64,000 nt of DNA from Octopus sinensis (lineage: Eukaryota), in NCBI RefSeq assembly GCF_006345805.1, contig NC_043024.1:17546001-17610000 (forward strand), read 5' to 3'. Shown piece after piece: positions 37,766 to 50,339 of this stretch. The position numbers and the translations under genes are program-made. A model generated the notes under the pieces. The model made no database searches. It saw nothing but the letters and a program-made list of their open reading frames with translations, and was not told the origin of the DNA. Positions within the stretch are counted from its first letter, which is position 1. Each line of letters opens with the position of its first letter.

Positions 37766-38184
37766 TTATTATCAATAATATGTTCCTATTTGTTCTTTTT
37801 GTATGTACCTGGCATGTGTGTCACACTTACTTCAAAGAAGAAGTGAATGGCAAAACGAGAGATAGGCAGACATAGAGGGAAAGTGAGAGAGTGAAAGAGA
37901 CAGTGAGTGGTGACGGTGTTCGTTTTGTACTTTTAAATGTTTATCACATCGCATGAAAAGTAGATACATAGACCAAAAGAACAGTTGATACATAGATACA
38001 TACACACATTATTAAATTAAAAGCAGGAGAGAGGAGGGACACAGAGGAAGTGAAAGAGAAAGAGAGAAAGTGAGAGAGATAGTTGATACATAGAACCAAA
38101 GAAAAGTTGATACACATATAAAGAGACACAGCAAATATTGGATATCACTTTCACTTTTCATTACCACATGAGGATAAAATTAAT

Positions 38185-38430
38185 TCGCAAGTGGCTGAGC
38201 ACTCCACAGACATGCATATCATTAATGTAGTTCTCAGGGAGATTCAGCCTCAGACAGAATGTGACAAGGCTGGCCCCTTTGAATTACAGCTACACCTCAT
38301 TTTGCTAGCTGAGTGGACTGCAGCAAGGTGAAGTAGAGTATCTTGCTCAAGAACACAACGTGCTGCTGGGAATCGTACTCATGACTTTATGATCGTGGAC
38401 CGAATATCCCTAACCTCTGAGCCATGCACC
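38185..38430 (-). mobile_element. SINE with family C-like tRNA head
   Basis: Minus-strand head ggtgcatggctcagaggttaggg..acgatc.., then cttgagcaagatac..ctccttgctgcagtccactcagc. Confidence 0.7.
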
Positions 38431-38964
38431 TTTACTCTCTTAACCGTAGAGAAAAGGAGTGAAGTGACAGAGAAAGGAAAGACTCAGTCATTTACAATGA
38501 CAATTAGACTGAAATACGATTGATTTTTTCTTGCTTCTTTACTTTTAACAATGAAGAAGAGGGAAACTCATTTAGTAATAAATAGAGGGTAAGTTTTTCA
38601 AGTGTTTACGTTTTTATTCTGTGAGTTCTAGAATGATCGAGAGTTAGTTCTCTCTTCTTTCCCCCACCCCCGATACTTATTCTCCTTCCTTCATAGTTCT
38701 TCATGTCTATTAGTTGGGGGAGAAAGACTATGTTTTTTTTTCAGGCATGTTTAACGTCTTCTGTACAAACTACAAACAAGCCCCCACTCCCTTCTTTTCT
38801 TTTCCATACAAAAACTAATGGAAATTTCGAACAGGGTATAGCTGTGAAAAAAGCCCAGAATATTGGGTAACACCCCTTACAAAATGGGTGGGGGAGAAAA
38901 GTTGCCAACAAGTGGCTTCACGAAATTCAACTCTATACTTTAAAGAGTATCTTCTACTATATTC

Positions 38965-39022
38965 TCAGGCCAGCCAAAGACTTGTGAGTGAATTTGGTAG
39001 ACAAAACTGAAAGAAGTCTGTC

Positions 39023-39078
<56 letters not shown>

Positions 39079-39300
39079 CATTTTTATGTGTTTGTGTCTG
39101 TGTTTTTCCCCCCACCATCATTGTTTGACAACCGATGTTCGTGTTTTTGCATCCCCATAACTTAGCTGTTCAGCAGAAGAGACTGATAGGATAAGCACCA
39201 GGCTTACAGGGAATAAGTTCAGGGGTTGATTTCTTCAATTAACGGGCAGTGCTCCAGTATGGCCACCATCAAATGACTGAAACAAGTAAAAGAAAAGAAT
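38965..39300 (+). mobile_element. SINE family A, head truncated
   Basis: Consensus match. Confidence 0.8.
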
Positions 39301-39812
39301 ACAAGGAAAACTTTCCGTACTACCAAACCAAGAGGGTTCTCTGAATATGTACGATGTATTCTAAGGTTAAATAGTAATTCTGTTTACATTTGCATAACTG
39401 AGATATTTTCGTTGGATTATAGAGTTATCAGTTTTACACTTCTTTCTATATTCTGCAACTGGCACAATATGGAAACACTTCTCAGCGCACCAACACACAA
39501 TTTACAGATGCTTACATTTTTGTGTTTATCAATTTGTTTTGCAAGATTCCTGATGTAAAATCATGTGTTGAAACAGATATTGGTGTACTTCTGGACGGTC
39601 ATTTTATTTTATTATTTTTTTTGCCAAGTAAACATATGCACTATATATATATTTTTTTTTTCTTCACTCGTTTATTACTGTTATTTATTATTTTTATTGT
39701 TTTGATGCTTGTCCATTGTCTGGAAATCTTTTGTCACACATCTGTGACCTCTTCAGTGACACTTTTCGTTTCTGTGTGTGTTCTTGCTCCACTTACTCCA
39801 TTCTGTTCTTAG

Positions 39813-39897
39813 ATGAACAATTGAAAGAAGATGCTAATGAAAATAATGATGATGATAATAATAATAATAATAATAAAAAATTGGTGTGTTGGGAACA
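39813..39897 (+). other. candidate 85-nt coding exon (phase 1 to 2)
   Basis: ccattctgttcttag|AT GAA CAA..TGG GAA CA|gtaagc. Only one frame is open: (D)EQLKEDANENNDDDNNNNNNKKLVCWEQ. Confidence 0.3.
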
Positions 39898-40019
39898 GTA
39901 AGCCAACATGTAGACAAATGGCTAAAAGAGATTAGATATAAGTGTTCACCATGTATTGGCTAAAGAAAATATATTGGGGCATTTTAGCCCTAGATGGAAA
40001 AAAGTAAGATTAGTACACA

Positions 40020-40400
40020 TGGGAGTGGCTGTATGGTAAGTAGCTTGCTTACCAGCCACATGATTCTGGGTTCAGTCCCACTGCGTGGCACCTTGGGCAA
40101 GTGTCTTCTACTTTAGCTTCGGGCCAACCAAAGCCTTGTGAGTGGATTTGGTAGACGGAAACTGAAAGAAGCCCGTTGTATATATATATGTGTGTGTGTG
40201 TGTGTTTGTCCCCCCAACATTGCTGGACAACCGATGCTGGTGTGTTTATGTCCCCGTAACTTAGCAGTTTGGCAAAAGAGACTGATAGAATAAGTACTAG
40301 GCTTACAACGTATAAGTCCTGGAGTCCTTTTGCTCGACTAAAGGCGGTTTTCCAGCATGGCCAAAGTGAAATTACTGAAACAAGTAAAAGAGTAAAGTGA
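40020..40400 (+). mobile_element. SINE family A, full length
   Basis: Consensus match. Confidence 0.9.
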
Positions 40401-40957
40401 GAGTATGGGAATATATCTGTATATATATGCAAAAGCAGATGCTGAGCAAGATGCAGTCAAACTGTCCAACCGATGCCAGTACGGATCATGGGTATTAAGT
40501 GATGTCAATGAACATGGTATAAGAGTGTGTGTCTATGTATTTTGTTTAAGCAAGTAACTGGAGATATCAAAAACTACCAGCAATGTTCTCCACCGAAATG
40601 CTGCACCTGATGCACACCATGTGCATCTGCAATGCACAATAAATGCTACTGTGTAAGTGCACCAAAAGAAGTACGAATGTGCAAAACAAAGACTACACAT
40701 GCACAAAAATAGCAAAGATATTTTTGTTCGGAGCCGACCAATCTTTGTTTAAAAGTTTCAGTGCTATGTTTAAACCTCAACCATTTCTTACTTAAGCAAA
40801 ATTTCATAATTCTTTGAAAACTCAATAATCTTATAATCTGGAGACCATATTCTCTACCACCCTCCACACTGACAGACATGCACTAATACACACTCTCCTT
40901 TTCTCCCCCTCTCCCACATTGCTCTCTCTCTTGCTCTCTGCAATAAGGCTTTCATAT

Positions 40958-41172
40958 TGTTATGGGAGAATCCTGAATACCCCCAAGTGACCGAAGGTCG
41001 ACTAACGGATTTAGATAAAGAACTGTGTGAGCTGTCAAGGGTAGATGACAGTGTTGGTTACTGAGTTAGTGCGATGTGTTTTGGTTAAATATCGTGTCTA
41101 CATTCGAGTAATATAAAGTGCGTTCTGTGTGAACATAATAATTCTGTGATGGGTTACTTCCAGTTAACCACA
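40958..41172. mobile_element. possible solo LTR
   Basis: TG..CA bounded 215-nt CpG-containing island with a tataaa-like motif. Target-site duplication not convincing. Confidence 0.25.
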
Positions 41173-41529
41173 TTGTAAATATTTATTTGGGTAATTTTCT
41201 TTACACCCTACATGTACACATATGTCATAACACATATATTTGGCCCAGGATCCATTCAGTCTATCCAGGATCTGAAATATGTCACAAAATGGTTCTACAT
41301 GACTTGTGGGACCATACAAATATGCAAATCTTTGTACAGAAAGTGATGAGCAAGTATGTTTTACAAAACAATGCAAAAGATAAATTTGAAATATTTCTTC
41401 TTTCTAATGTGCCTTGGCCTTCAGATGGTGGCACTAATAGATGTCGTCTCCATCCTGTCATATCACACAAATTAATTATCAGGTGTCTTTCTATAATCAT
41501 CTGGTATAAGGCCATCAACTATCTTCTCT

Positions 41530-42200
41530 CTCTCTTTCTGTCTATTTATCTATTATCTATTTATCTATCCATCCATCTTTCTATCTACCTATCAATCCAT
41601 CCATCTATCTATCTGTATATCTATCTATCTATCTATCTACCTAACTATCAATCCATCTATCTATCTGTCTATCTATCTGTTTATCTATCGATCCATCTAA
41701 CTATCTATTTATCCATCTATCTATCTATCTATCTATTTGTCTATCTATCTGTCTGTCTATCTACCTACCTATCTATCTATCTATTTATTTGTTTATCTAT
41801 CTATCTATCCATCCATCCATCCATATTTTTATCTTTTATCTTTCATGTGGCCATGCTGGGGCACTGCTTTGAGGGATTTTTTTTAGTCAAACTTATCAAC
41901 TCCAATACTTATTTCTTTTTACAACCTGGTATTTATTCTATTGTTCTCTTTGCTGAACTGCTAGGTTACAGGGATGTAAACACACCAACACCAGTTGTCA
42001 AGTGTTGGGGACAAGCACACACACAAAGACACTCAGAGACACACAAGACGAGAGTCTTTCAGTTTCCATCTACTAAATCCATTCATAAGGCTTTCGTTGA
42101 CCTGAGGCTAGACATTTGTCCAAAGTACCATGCAGAGGGATTGAACCCGGAAACATGTGGTTGGGAAGCAATCTTTTTATCGCACAGCCACACCTACACC
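41530..42200 (-). mobile_element. (TCTA)n tract plus diverged SINE family A (about 41835-42200)
   Basis: Direct inspection. Confidence 0.75.
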
Positions 42201-42343
42201 TATGTATTTATTCTTCTTTTCTTTTTCCCAGTCATTGAATATTCATGACTTCTTTATGTCCATATGACTTCGCATATGGACAGTGTCCAATTGACCCTAC
42301 GATACTGTGTAGTCAATAATATCATAAACAAACAATGAATATA

Positions 42344-43222
42344 CAGGGTGTGATGGGTAAATTGTCTCCATTATATATCTTTGATTTTGCACATGTGCAT
42401 TGTTTGTTTTCGATTTTATCAACTACACAGTATAGTAGGGTCAGTTGGGCACCATCTGTGACAAAAGCAGCACCATGATGTAATCCACTTAGCCAGAAAT
42501 TTGGAAATGACATGTTATACTGCTTGGTATTTGTACCAGAAACTCCAATACGAGCATTTCAGATTGTTTGGGTGTCAGTGCAATCTGAGGACATGTACTG
42601 AGAGTGATAAAATCAAACATTCAGTCAACAACATGATGTTTGGAGTGTTCACTTGTGATGGTGACGTTGTGCCACGGTTCATTTTCCCACATGGACTCAG
42701 ACTCAACATAGAGGTCTACATCAAGTGTCTGGAGGAGGTAGTGCTGCCTTGGGTGAAGAGGGTGGCTGCTGGAACACCCTATGTCTAGTAACAGGACTCT
42801 GCACCATGCCACACAAGCGGGAGAACCCAGTATTGGCTGTCAGACAATTTCTGTGACCACACCACCCCTAACATCTAGCCACCTAATTCCCCAGACTGCA
42901 ACCCCTTGGTTATTATGTGTGGGGTGCAGTTGAGTGAGAGACCAACAAAACTCCTTGTAATACAAAAGATGAACTAAAGGCAAGGATTATGGCAGCATAT
43001 ACCAACTTAAACAAGGAGACTGTCCAGAGGATTTGGAGGAGATTTCTGAAGTCATCTGGAGGCTGTGGTTGAAACCAATGGCGATTTTATTGAATAAATT
43101 TACTCTTTTAGTATTTCAAGATATTTTTATGTAATTTTGGTAAATATATCTGTTAAAAATGAAATGTCAGTGTTATTTTCATTTTTGCGTAATTTAGGCG
43201 ACAGTTTATTCACCACACCCTG
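42344..43222 (+). mobile_element. Tc1/mariner maT (DD37D) internally deleted transposon
   Basis: TA target-site duplication both sides. 23-bp terminal inverted repeats (19/23). MMFGVFTCDGDV.P.FIFPHGLRLN..YIKCLEEVVLPWVKRVAAG.PYV*.QDSAPCHT..NSPDCNP, with 37 residues between the second D and the (mutated) third D position. Stops and frameshifts present. Confidence 0.9.
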
Positions 43223-43226
43223 TATG

Positions 43227-43273
<47 letters not shown>

Positions 43274-43337
43274 TTAAAACCAGCTGGTATAAGGCCATCA
43301 ACTATCTTCTTTCTCTCTCACTCACTCTCTCTGTACT

Positions 43338-43377
<40 letters not shown>

Positions 43378-44059
43378 CATACAAACATACACATACACAC
43401 ATGTGTATAAGATACATGTGCATGCATTTTTATGTGTGAATGTATCTGTACACATGCACACATTGAGATCTACTGCAGTTATTAGGATATTATCTGGTTC
43501 ACATGCACTTAAGAATTTCTCAAACAAATTGGGATTTTGTTTTTTTCCTTTCTTTATTTTTTTCTCTCCTCTTTTACACTGAAATATTTTATTTTGCACA
43601 TTTCCCTTTCCCATTGGAACAAGGTTTAAACATGATGATGATGATAGCGGTAGGGTGGTGGTGGTGGTCTATTCTTTTATCTGGCCAATCAAATATACTA
43701 TAAATCATACACAAAAGTATTACAAAAGACCTGTGAGTCGTGCTCGTGTGTGTGTGTGTGTGTTCTAAAGATGAGATTGTTTAAAAAGAAAGGAAGTGGG
43801 TGTGGGGGAAGAGGGAAGACGTTTTACTATATTCTGAGATGTATTGAAATTCTATTCTTATTTTTTTAGTAAATTACGCAAAATAATTGATACATGTACA
43901 CACACACACACATATTTAAACATATATACATTCATATATATATATATATATATATAATATATATATATATGAATACATATGTATATATAAATACATACAT
44001 ACATATATACATATAAATAAATAAATATATATATATAATCATAAGTGTGTGTGTTTGTG

Positions 44060-44221
44060 GTATTATGAAGGGCATTCAGCCATAGAAACCATGCCAAAAC
44101 ACAGAACTGGAGCCTAGTGAAGCTCTCCAGCTTGCCAGCTTCTGTCACACTATCCAACGCATGCCAGCATGCAAAACAGATAGTAAATGATGATGATGGC
44201 ATATATATGTGCGTGTGTATG

Positions 44222-44272
<51 letters not shown>

Positions 44273-44373
44273 TTACATATATATATATATACTTACATAT
44301 ATATATACATACGTATATACATATATATATATATACATGTACACACACACACACATATATATATATATAATAT

Positions 44374-44404
<31 letters not shown>

Positions 44405-44660
44405 CACACATATATATATATATAATATATATATATATATATACCCGATGCCAGCTCCTTTGGCCCTTGTGCTGTTGGTGCATAAAAAGCACCCACTGCA
44501 CTCTCAGAGTGGTTAGCATTAGGAAGGGCATCCAGCTGTAGAAACACTGCCACATCAGATTGCGGCATGATGCAGCCTCTTGGCTTCCCAGACCCCAGTT
44601 GAACCATCTAACCCATGCCAGCATGGAAAATGGACGTTAAATGACAATGATGATGATTTT
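44060..44660 (+). mobile_element. two RTE-type 3' tails (44060-44200, 44445-44660) separated by microsatellite
   Basis: Consensus match with (atg)n tails. Confidence 0.75.
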
Positions 44661-44674
44661 TATATGTATATATG

Positions 44675-44805
44675 TGTGAAGACGTATGGCTTTTTGGTTA
44701 AGGTGTTGCTCTCACGATTGCGAGATCGTGGGTTTGATTCCCAGACCAAGCATTGTGTTGTGTTCTTGTGTAAAGCACTTCATTTCATCTTGCTCTTGAA
44801 ACTGA
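44675..44805 (+). mobile_element. tRNA-derived SINE head, truncated
   Basis: tggctttttggttaagg..cacgattgcgagatcgtgggtttgattcc..gtgttgtgttcttg. Confidence 0.6.
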
Positions 44806-45362
44806 GATAGACAGACAGACAGACAGATATATGCCAACAATTACAAAAAATATAGACATCTTCAATTCTTTCTTTTAATTTAACAGTTAGTTATACATCA
44901 TAATTGGTTAAAATGACCAGCTTATGTTTCTGTTGCACAGTTTATGTGCAGTTGCATGGGCAACCCAGAATATTCGGTTATACACCTTACACTTGGAAGG
45001 TTGGGCCTCCAGCCTGGCCTTTCACAACACCCTTGAAACTGAGAACTTTTCAGTACAATATGTATGCACCCCTTGTATATGCACATGCACACTCATGCAC
45101 ATAATTGTATTTGTTTTACTCTTATTTTCTTGCCCCATGCTACCGTGGGTTACACAGATATATTTTCAAGGCATTGCTTCAAAGTTGGACACCCTTCCTC
45201 TCACTGAACCTTGTCTGTTTTACAAACAAGGGACCTCTTATCTGACACATCTGCAAAAGCACAAACCCAGTCAACAATGATTGGTTGATAGGAGAATAAA
45301 CAGCAAAAGCCAACATCTCTTATTGTAACTTTCATTGAGTATAAAGAGAAACAAACACACAG

Positions 45363-45396
<34 letters not shown>

Positions 45397-45507
45397 TCAT
45401 ATGAACATACATATTTATATGTGTGTGTGTGTGTATGTGTACCAACTCAGTGCTTACAACTGTAACAACATTAAATTAATATTGCCATCTACGTGTTATA
45501 TTAAATA

Positions 45508-45910
45508 GGCGCAGGAGTGGCTGTGTGGTAATAAGCTTGCTTACCAACCACATGGTTCCGGGTTCAGTCCCACTATGTGGAACCTTTGGCAAGTGTCTTC
45601 TACTATAGCCTTGGGCCGACCCAAGCCTTTTGAGTGGATTTGGTGGACTGAAACTGAAAGAAGCCCATCGTATATATGTATATCTATATATATGTATGTG
45701 TGTGTATATGTTTGTGTGTCTGTGTTTGTCCCCCCAACATCTCTTGACAACCGAGGCTGGTGTGTTTACGTCCCCATAACTTAGCAGTTCAGCAAAAGAG
45801 ACCGATAGAATAAGTACTAGGCTTACAAAGAATAAGTCCTGGGGTCGACTTGCTTGACTAAAGGCAGTGCTCCAGCATGGGCACAGTCAAATAACTGAAA
45901 CAATTAAATG
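45508..45910 (+). mobile_element. SINE family A, full length
   Basis: ggcgcaggagtggctgtgtggtaa.. to aaataactgaaacaa. Confidence 0.9.
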
Positions 45911-46012
45911 AGTATATATACTGTTACAAGGTATGGTGCTGTGAAATTGTTTGAAATAAAACCTCCTCTTAGTCTTGTTTTGTAAGAAACTCTATAAATA
46001 TCATCACTGCAG

Positions 46013-46105
46013 GAACTCACAAGAATGGCGGGAACATTCTGCTTTTCTTGAAGCTTGTCGATGTGTCCGGCAGACTTTGAAGAGAGAAGGCCTGTCATTA
46101 TTGAG
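46013..46105 (+). other. candidate 93-nt exon (phase 2 to 2) or terminal exon
   Basis: catcactgcag|G AAC TCA CAA GAA TGG..: NSQEWREHSAFLEACRCVRQTLKREGLSLLR. Donor gtcatg is weak; read-through stops 2 codons later. Confidence 0.2.
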
Positions 46106-47489
46106 GTCATGAATAGCAATGAAACAACTTTAACAAACAAACAACCAATTGATTGTTTAACAACTTAAACAAATAACTGATTAGTTTGTTGGTTGGATAT
46201 TTAATTGATCAACTGACAATAAAGAAGTGGAATTGAACCAGTGTGTGTGTGTTTATTGTTAGTGAAATGACCTTCCCAAGACACAACAACATTTGTTTCA
46301 ACACACCAGATTTACGTCAAGAATCTTGCAAGCCAGATATAAAATAAAGACAGAAGCTACTAACATAACCAACTTTTTTCATTATTAACAAAATTTAAAA
46401 GATTCCAAAATTGTAATGGGAAGTTGTATTAATTTAAACTTGAATAGCTTTAAACAGAACCAAGGATGATCTCAGACACATGATGGCACCAAAAGAGTTT
46501 AAAATTCTGTTCTCTTTGATTGTTCTGTCAGTTTTATACATCTGTACTGGACTCCACCACCAACCAAAACATGAAAATTACCATTTTTGATTTTTAAAAG
46601 CAGATGTTTTTTAAAAAGAAAAATAGAAAGGAAGGAAAATTATTGAAAAGTGTTAAACTTAAAACTCCTAAAATTATTTTAAATTGAAAGAATAGAAAAA
46701 AAAATGTTTCGTCAATTTTTGATGAGTTTTTCTTTTATTGAAAAGAAAATGTTTTGGCACGAAAATCATTTTGAACTGAGGGTTTCTTCACAGAAAGAAT
46801 ACAATTAATGGCACTGTAGACAATTCAACATTAGCACCTTTTATTTCACATCCATTTCACCCTAATATATACTATTTAAGGTTTGAGTGACCAGCCTATC
46901 ATGTTATGCCAATACTTGGCTTCAATACAGCGAGGAAAATAAGTAAGAAACACAAACAGTGCTATAAATAACATCTTTCTTTGTTGGAGGAAAGAAAAAT
47001 CTTGCCAATTGTATTGTTAAATTTCAAGTCTGAGAAACTTTTAAAGTTTTGGAACTTTAAACTTTCATTTCATATTCTTCTTTCAGGAATTTTGTCCCCA
47101 ATTCCATCAAATCTAGAGCTGTTGTCTCACTTTGTTCCATTAATATTGATAGCAAACTGACCGGTCATTTTTGTGATCTTATTCACCCAGTGTAAATATA
47201 GTTATGAGCTTTAAGGAACAATATTGAACATTATTAGTGATGTTGGAAGTGAGGAAATGTCCTTAGAGAAATGGAAACAGTTGGCATGTTCTTCAAGAGT
47301 TTTTGTTGTAGTATGAAGAGAAATACTCCTTGTGGTACCATAGCCTTCAGAAGTCTTGGAGCTATTGGGGTTAGTAGGTATAACATAGACCTTTAATATC
47401 AATATCTTCATTGGATTTAGATATTTATGAATTTTAGAAATTCTTACCAACTTTTGTACATTTCTAGTCACACTTTTCTTTATACTACA

Positions 47490-47732
47490 CTCTTTTACTT
47501 GTTTCAGTCATGTGACTCTGGCCATGCTGGAGCACCACCTTTAGTCAAGCAAATCGACGCCAGGACTTATTCTTTGTAAGCCTAGTACTTATTCTCTCGG
47601 TCTCTTTTGCCAAACTGCTAGGTTACGGGAACGCAAACACACCAGCATCGGTTTTCAAACGATGTTGTATATATATCATCATCATCATTTAACGTCCGTT
47701 TTCCATGCTAGCATGGGTTGGACTGCTAGCAT

Positions 47733-47777
<45 letters not shown>

Positions 47778-47975
47778 GTTTGTTGCTTGTCCCCCACCAT
47801 TGCTTGGCAACTGATGTTGGTGTGCTTACGACCCCGTCATTTAGTGGTTCGGCAAAAAGAGACTGGTAGAATAAGTACTAAGCTTACAAAGAATAAGCCC
47901 TTGGGTTAATTTATTCAACTAAAGGTGGTGCTCCAGCATGGCCAAAGACAAATAACTGAAATAAGTAAAAGAATA
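47490..47975. mobile_element. inverted pair of SINE A 3' halves around a short RTE tail and (TA)n
   Basis: Minus half 47490-47670, plus half 47770-47975. Confidence 0.8.
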
Positions 47976-47994
47976 TATATATATGAGAGCTGCT

Positions 47995-48325
47995 GAGCCC
48001 CCCCTTTGGTCATGACTGACCATGGGATTGCACCTAGAAAGTTACCCTCCTAGGCACAAGTCCAGGCAAGGTTGTTTTATGGAAGACCAGCAGTTGCCCA
48101 TGCATACCAACCTCTCCTCTTCATGCCACTGATGTTATCCAAGGGAAAGACAAAGGTCGATACAGTTTGGCACCTGTGATGTTGCAACTCATTTCTACAG
48201 CTGAGTGAACTGGAGCAAAGGGAAATAAAGTGTCTTGCTCAAGAACACAACACACAGCCTGGTCTGGGATTCAAACTCACAATCTCATGATCAGAAGTTC
48301 AATGCTCTAGCCTCTGAGCCATTCG
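47995..48325 (-). mobile_element. SINE family C
   Basis: Homologous to 5945-6267. Confidence 0.85.
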
Positions 48326-48329
48326 CCTT

Positions 48330-48384
<55 letters not shown>

Positions 48385-48394
48385 AGGTAAAGAG

Positions 48395-48675
48395 GCTGAG
48401 ACCCTTTTAAGTGTTGTGCCTCACAGAGTCAATGATTGAAACCTATGCCATTATGTCGTGCTTGAGAAGAAGACCCATCAAGTCAAGCAAAATCACAGCC
48501 ACGGTAGATCACTGGTGTCATAAAAGCACTCTCTCGAGTGGTTGACACTAGGAAGGGCATCCAGTCTTAGAAACCATGCGAAATCAGACTGGAGTCTGGT
48601 ACAGCATTCCAGCTTGCTAGCCCTCATCAAACTGTCCAGCCCATGCCAGCATTAAATGATGATGATGATGATGAT
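48395..48675 (+). mobile_element. RTE-type 3' end
   Basis: gagaccc..gcttgagaagaagacccatcaag..ggaagggcatccag..(gat)n. Confidence 0.75.
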
Positions 48676-48914
48676 GTGTCTCCTTGTTTGTGTCTCCTTG
48701 CCTTCATATTACATAATTGTCAGAAATGAGAGTCAGCTCTCCCCAACTCTGTCATTCCTTTCCCGTCTTCCATAAAAAACGGCCAAGAGGAAATATTTTG
48801 CTGGGAAACAAGAGAAGGTCGGGAATGGGAATGGCACCCGGCCAAAGAAAATGTGCTTCAATGAATTTTGACTGACCCACACAAGCATGGGAAAATAGGT
48901 GTTACTATGACAAT

Positions 48915-49269
48915 GTTTTATCTATCTATCTATCTGTATATCTATGCACCAATCTGTTTGTCTGTGTCTATCTATTTATCTATCTATCTGTCTGTATATC
49001 TATCTATCTATCTATTCTCTCTACCTATTTATTTATTTATCTATCAGTCAATCTATCTATCTATCTGTCAATCAATCAATCTATCTATCTATGTATTTAT
49101 CTATCTATTTATCTATCTATCTTTCTGTCTATCTATGCACCAGTCTGTCTGTGTCTATTTATCTGTTTGTATATCTATCTCTCTACCCATTTATTTATCT
49201 ATCTATATAGCTATCTATCAATCAATCTATCTGTCTGTCTGCCTGCCTGTCTATGCACCAATCTGTCTG

Positions 49270-49338
<69 letters not shown>

Positions 49339-49495
49339 ATATCTATCTATCTACCTGCCTGTCTGTGTCTATTTATCTCTCTCTTTCTATTTATCTATCT
49401 ATCTGTCTGTCTATCTATCTATCTGTCTGTCTGTCTATCTGTCTATATATCTATCTATCTATCTATCTATCTATTGATCGATTGATTGATATATC
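48915..49495. repeat. (TCTA)n/(TCTG)n tetranucleotide tract
   Basis: Direct inspection. Confidence 0.95.
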
Positions 49496-50339
49496 TATAG
49501 AAATACATATACAATGGGCTTCTTCCAGTTTCCCTCTACCAAATCTACTCAGAAGGCTTTGGTCAGTCCAGGTTTATATCAGAAGTAACTTGCCCATAAT
49601 GCCATGCAGTGGGATTCAATCTGAAGCCATATCACTGAGACACAAACTTATATCTGAACCTATAATTTCTGTAATTAAGGACCAGTATTTTTGGTTAGGT
49701 TTGCATGGGTTAAAATTTACTGCCTTTCAGCACCAGCTAGTTGTATAAATTAAATTTGAATATTTTTCTTCGGTTTCAGCCATTCTTTTCCCGGATCTTC
49801 ACCTTTAACCCTGTTAAAATACTTAGGAATACTCAGACAGAATGATTTCCTATTTTATGAGCTGTAAAACAATTTCTGTTACTATGGCTGTTTTCATTTG
49901 CTAATAAGGTTTCCCAGCCAAGAATTCTGACTGAAGCCATCAAGCATTTCAAGATTTGTTGCCAAGGTTGTTGTTCTTGCATAATTTTCTACTAATTAAT
50001 AGCCTTCTTGTTTTATCAGTCGTAGCTCATTAGAAAATTGAAATAAAGAGATCTAATGTAGCTGTGTTCTAAATTTAATTAAGTGTTATTAGTGTTGGAA
50101 ACAATAAATTGGTCAGGGTCTAATATTGAGCTGTGAACAATAAGCATGGCTGTGTGGCTTGGAAGTTCATCTGGCAACCTCATAGCCTGGGGTCCAGTCC
50201 CAAGGCTTGGCATCTTGAACAAACGTCTTCTACTCTAGTGATGGGCAAACTGGGTCTTGGAAATAAATTCGATAGATGGAAATTATGAACAAGCTTATTG
50301 TGTGTGTATGTATATTTATGTCTGTATGTAGGCATCATT

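Noticed and set aside
40545-40650. Candidate exon ending at GTAAGT
   Set aside because: The available acceptors give in-frame stops.
41187-42248. Longest ORF in the track (353 aa)
   Set aside because: It runs through (TCTA)n (IYLS repeats) and an antisense SINE, with no protein-like coherence.
49760-49835. Minus-strand terminal exon candidate VKGEDPGKEWLKPKKNIQI*
   Set aside because: Too short, with no partner exons or recognisable homology.
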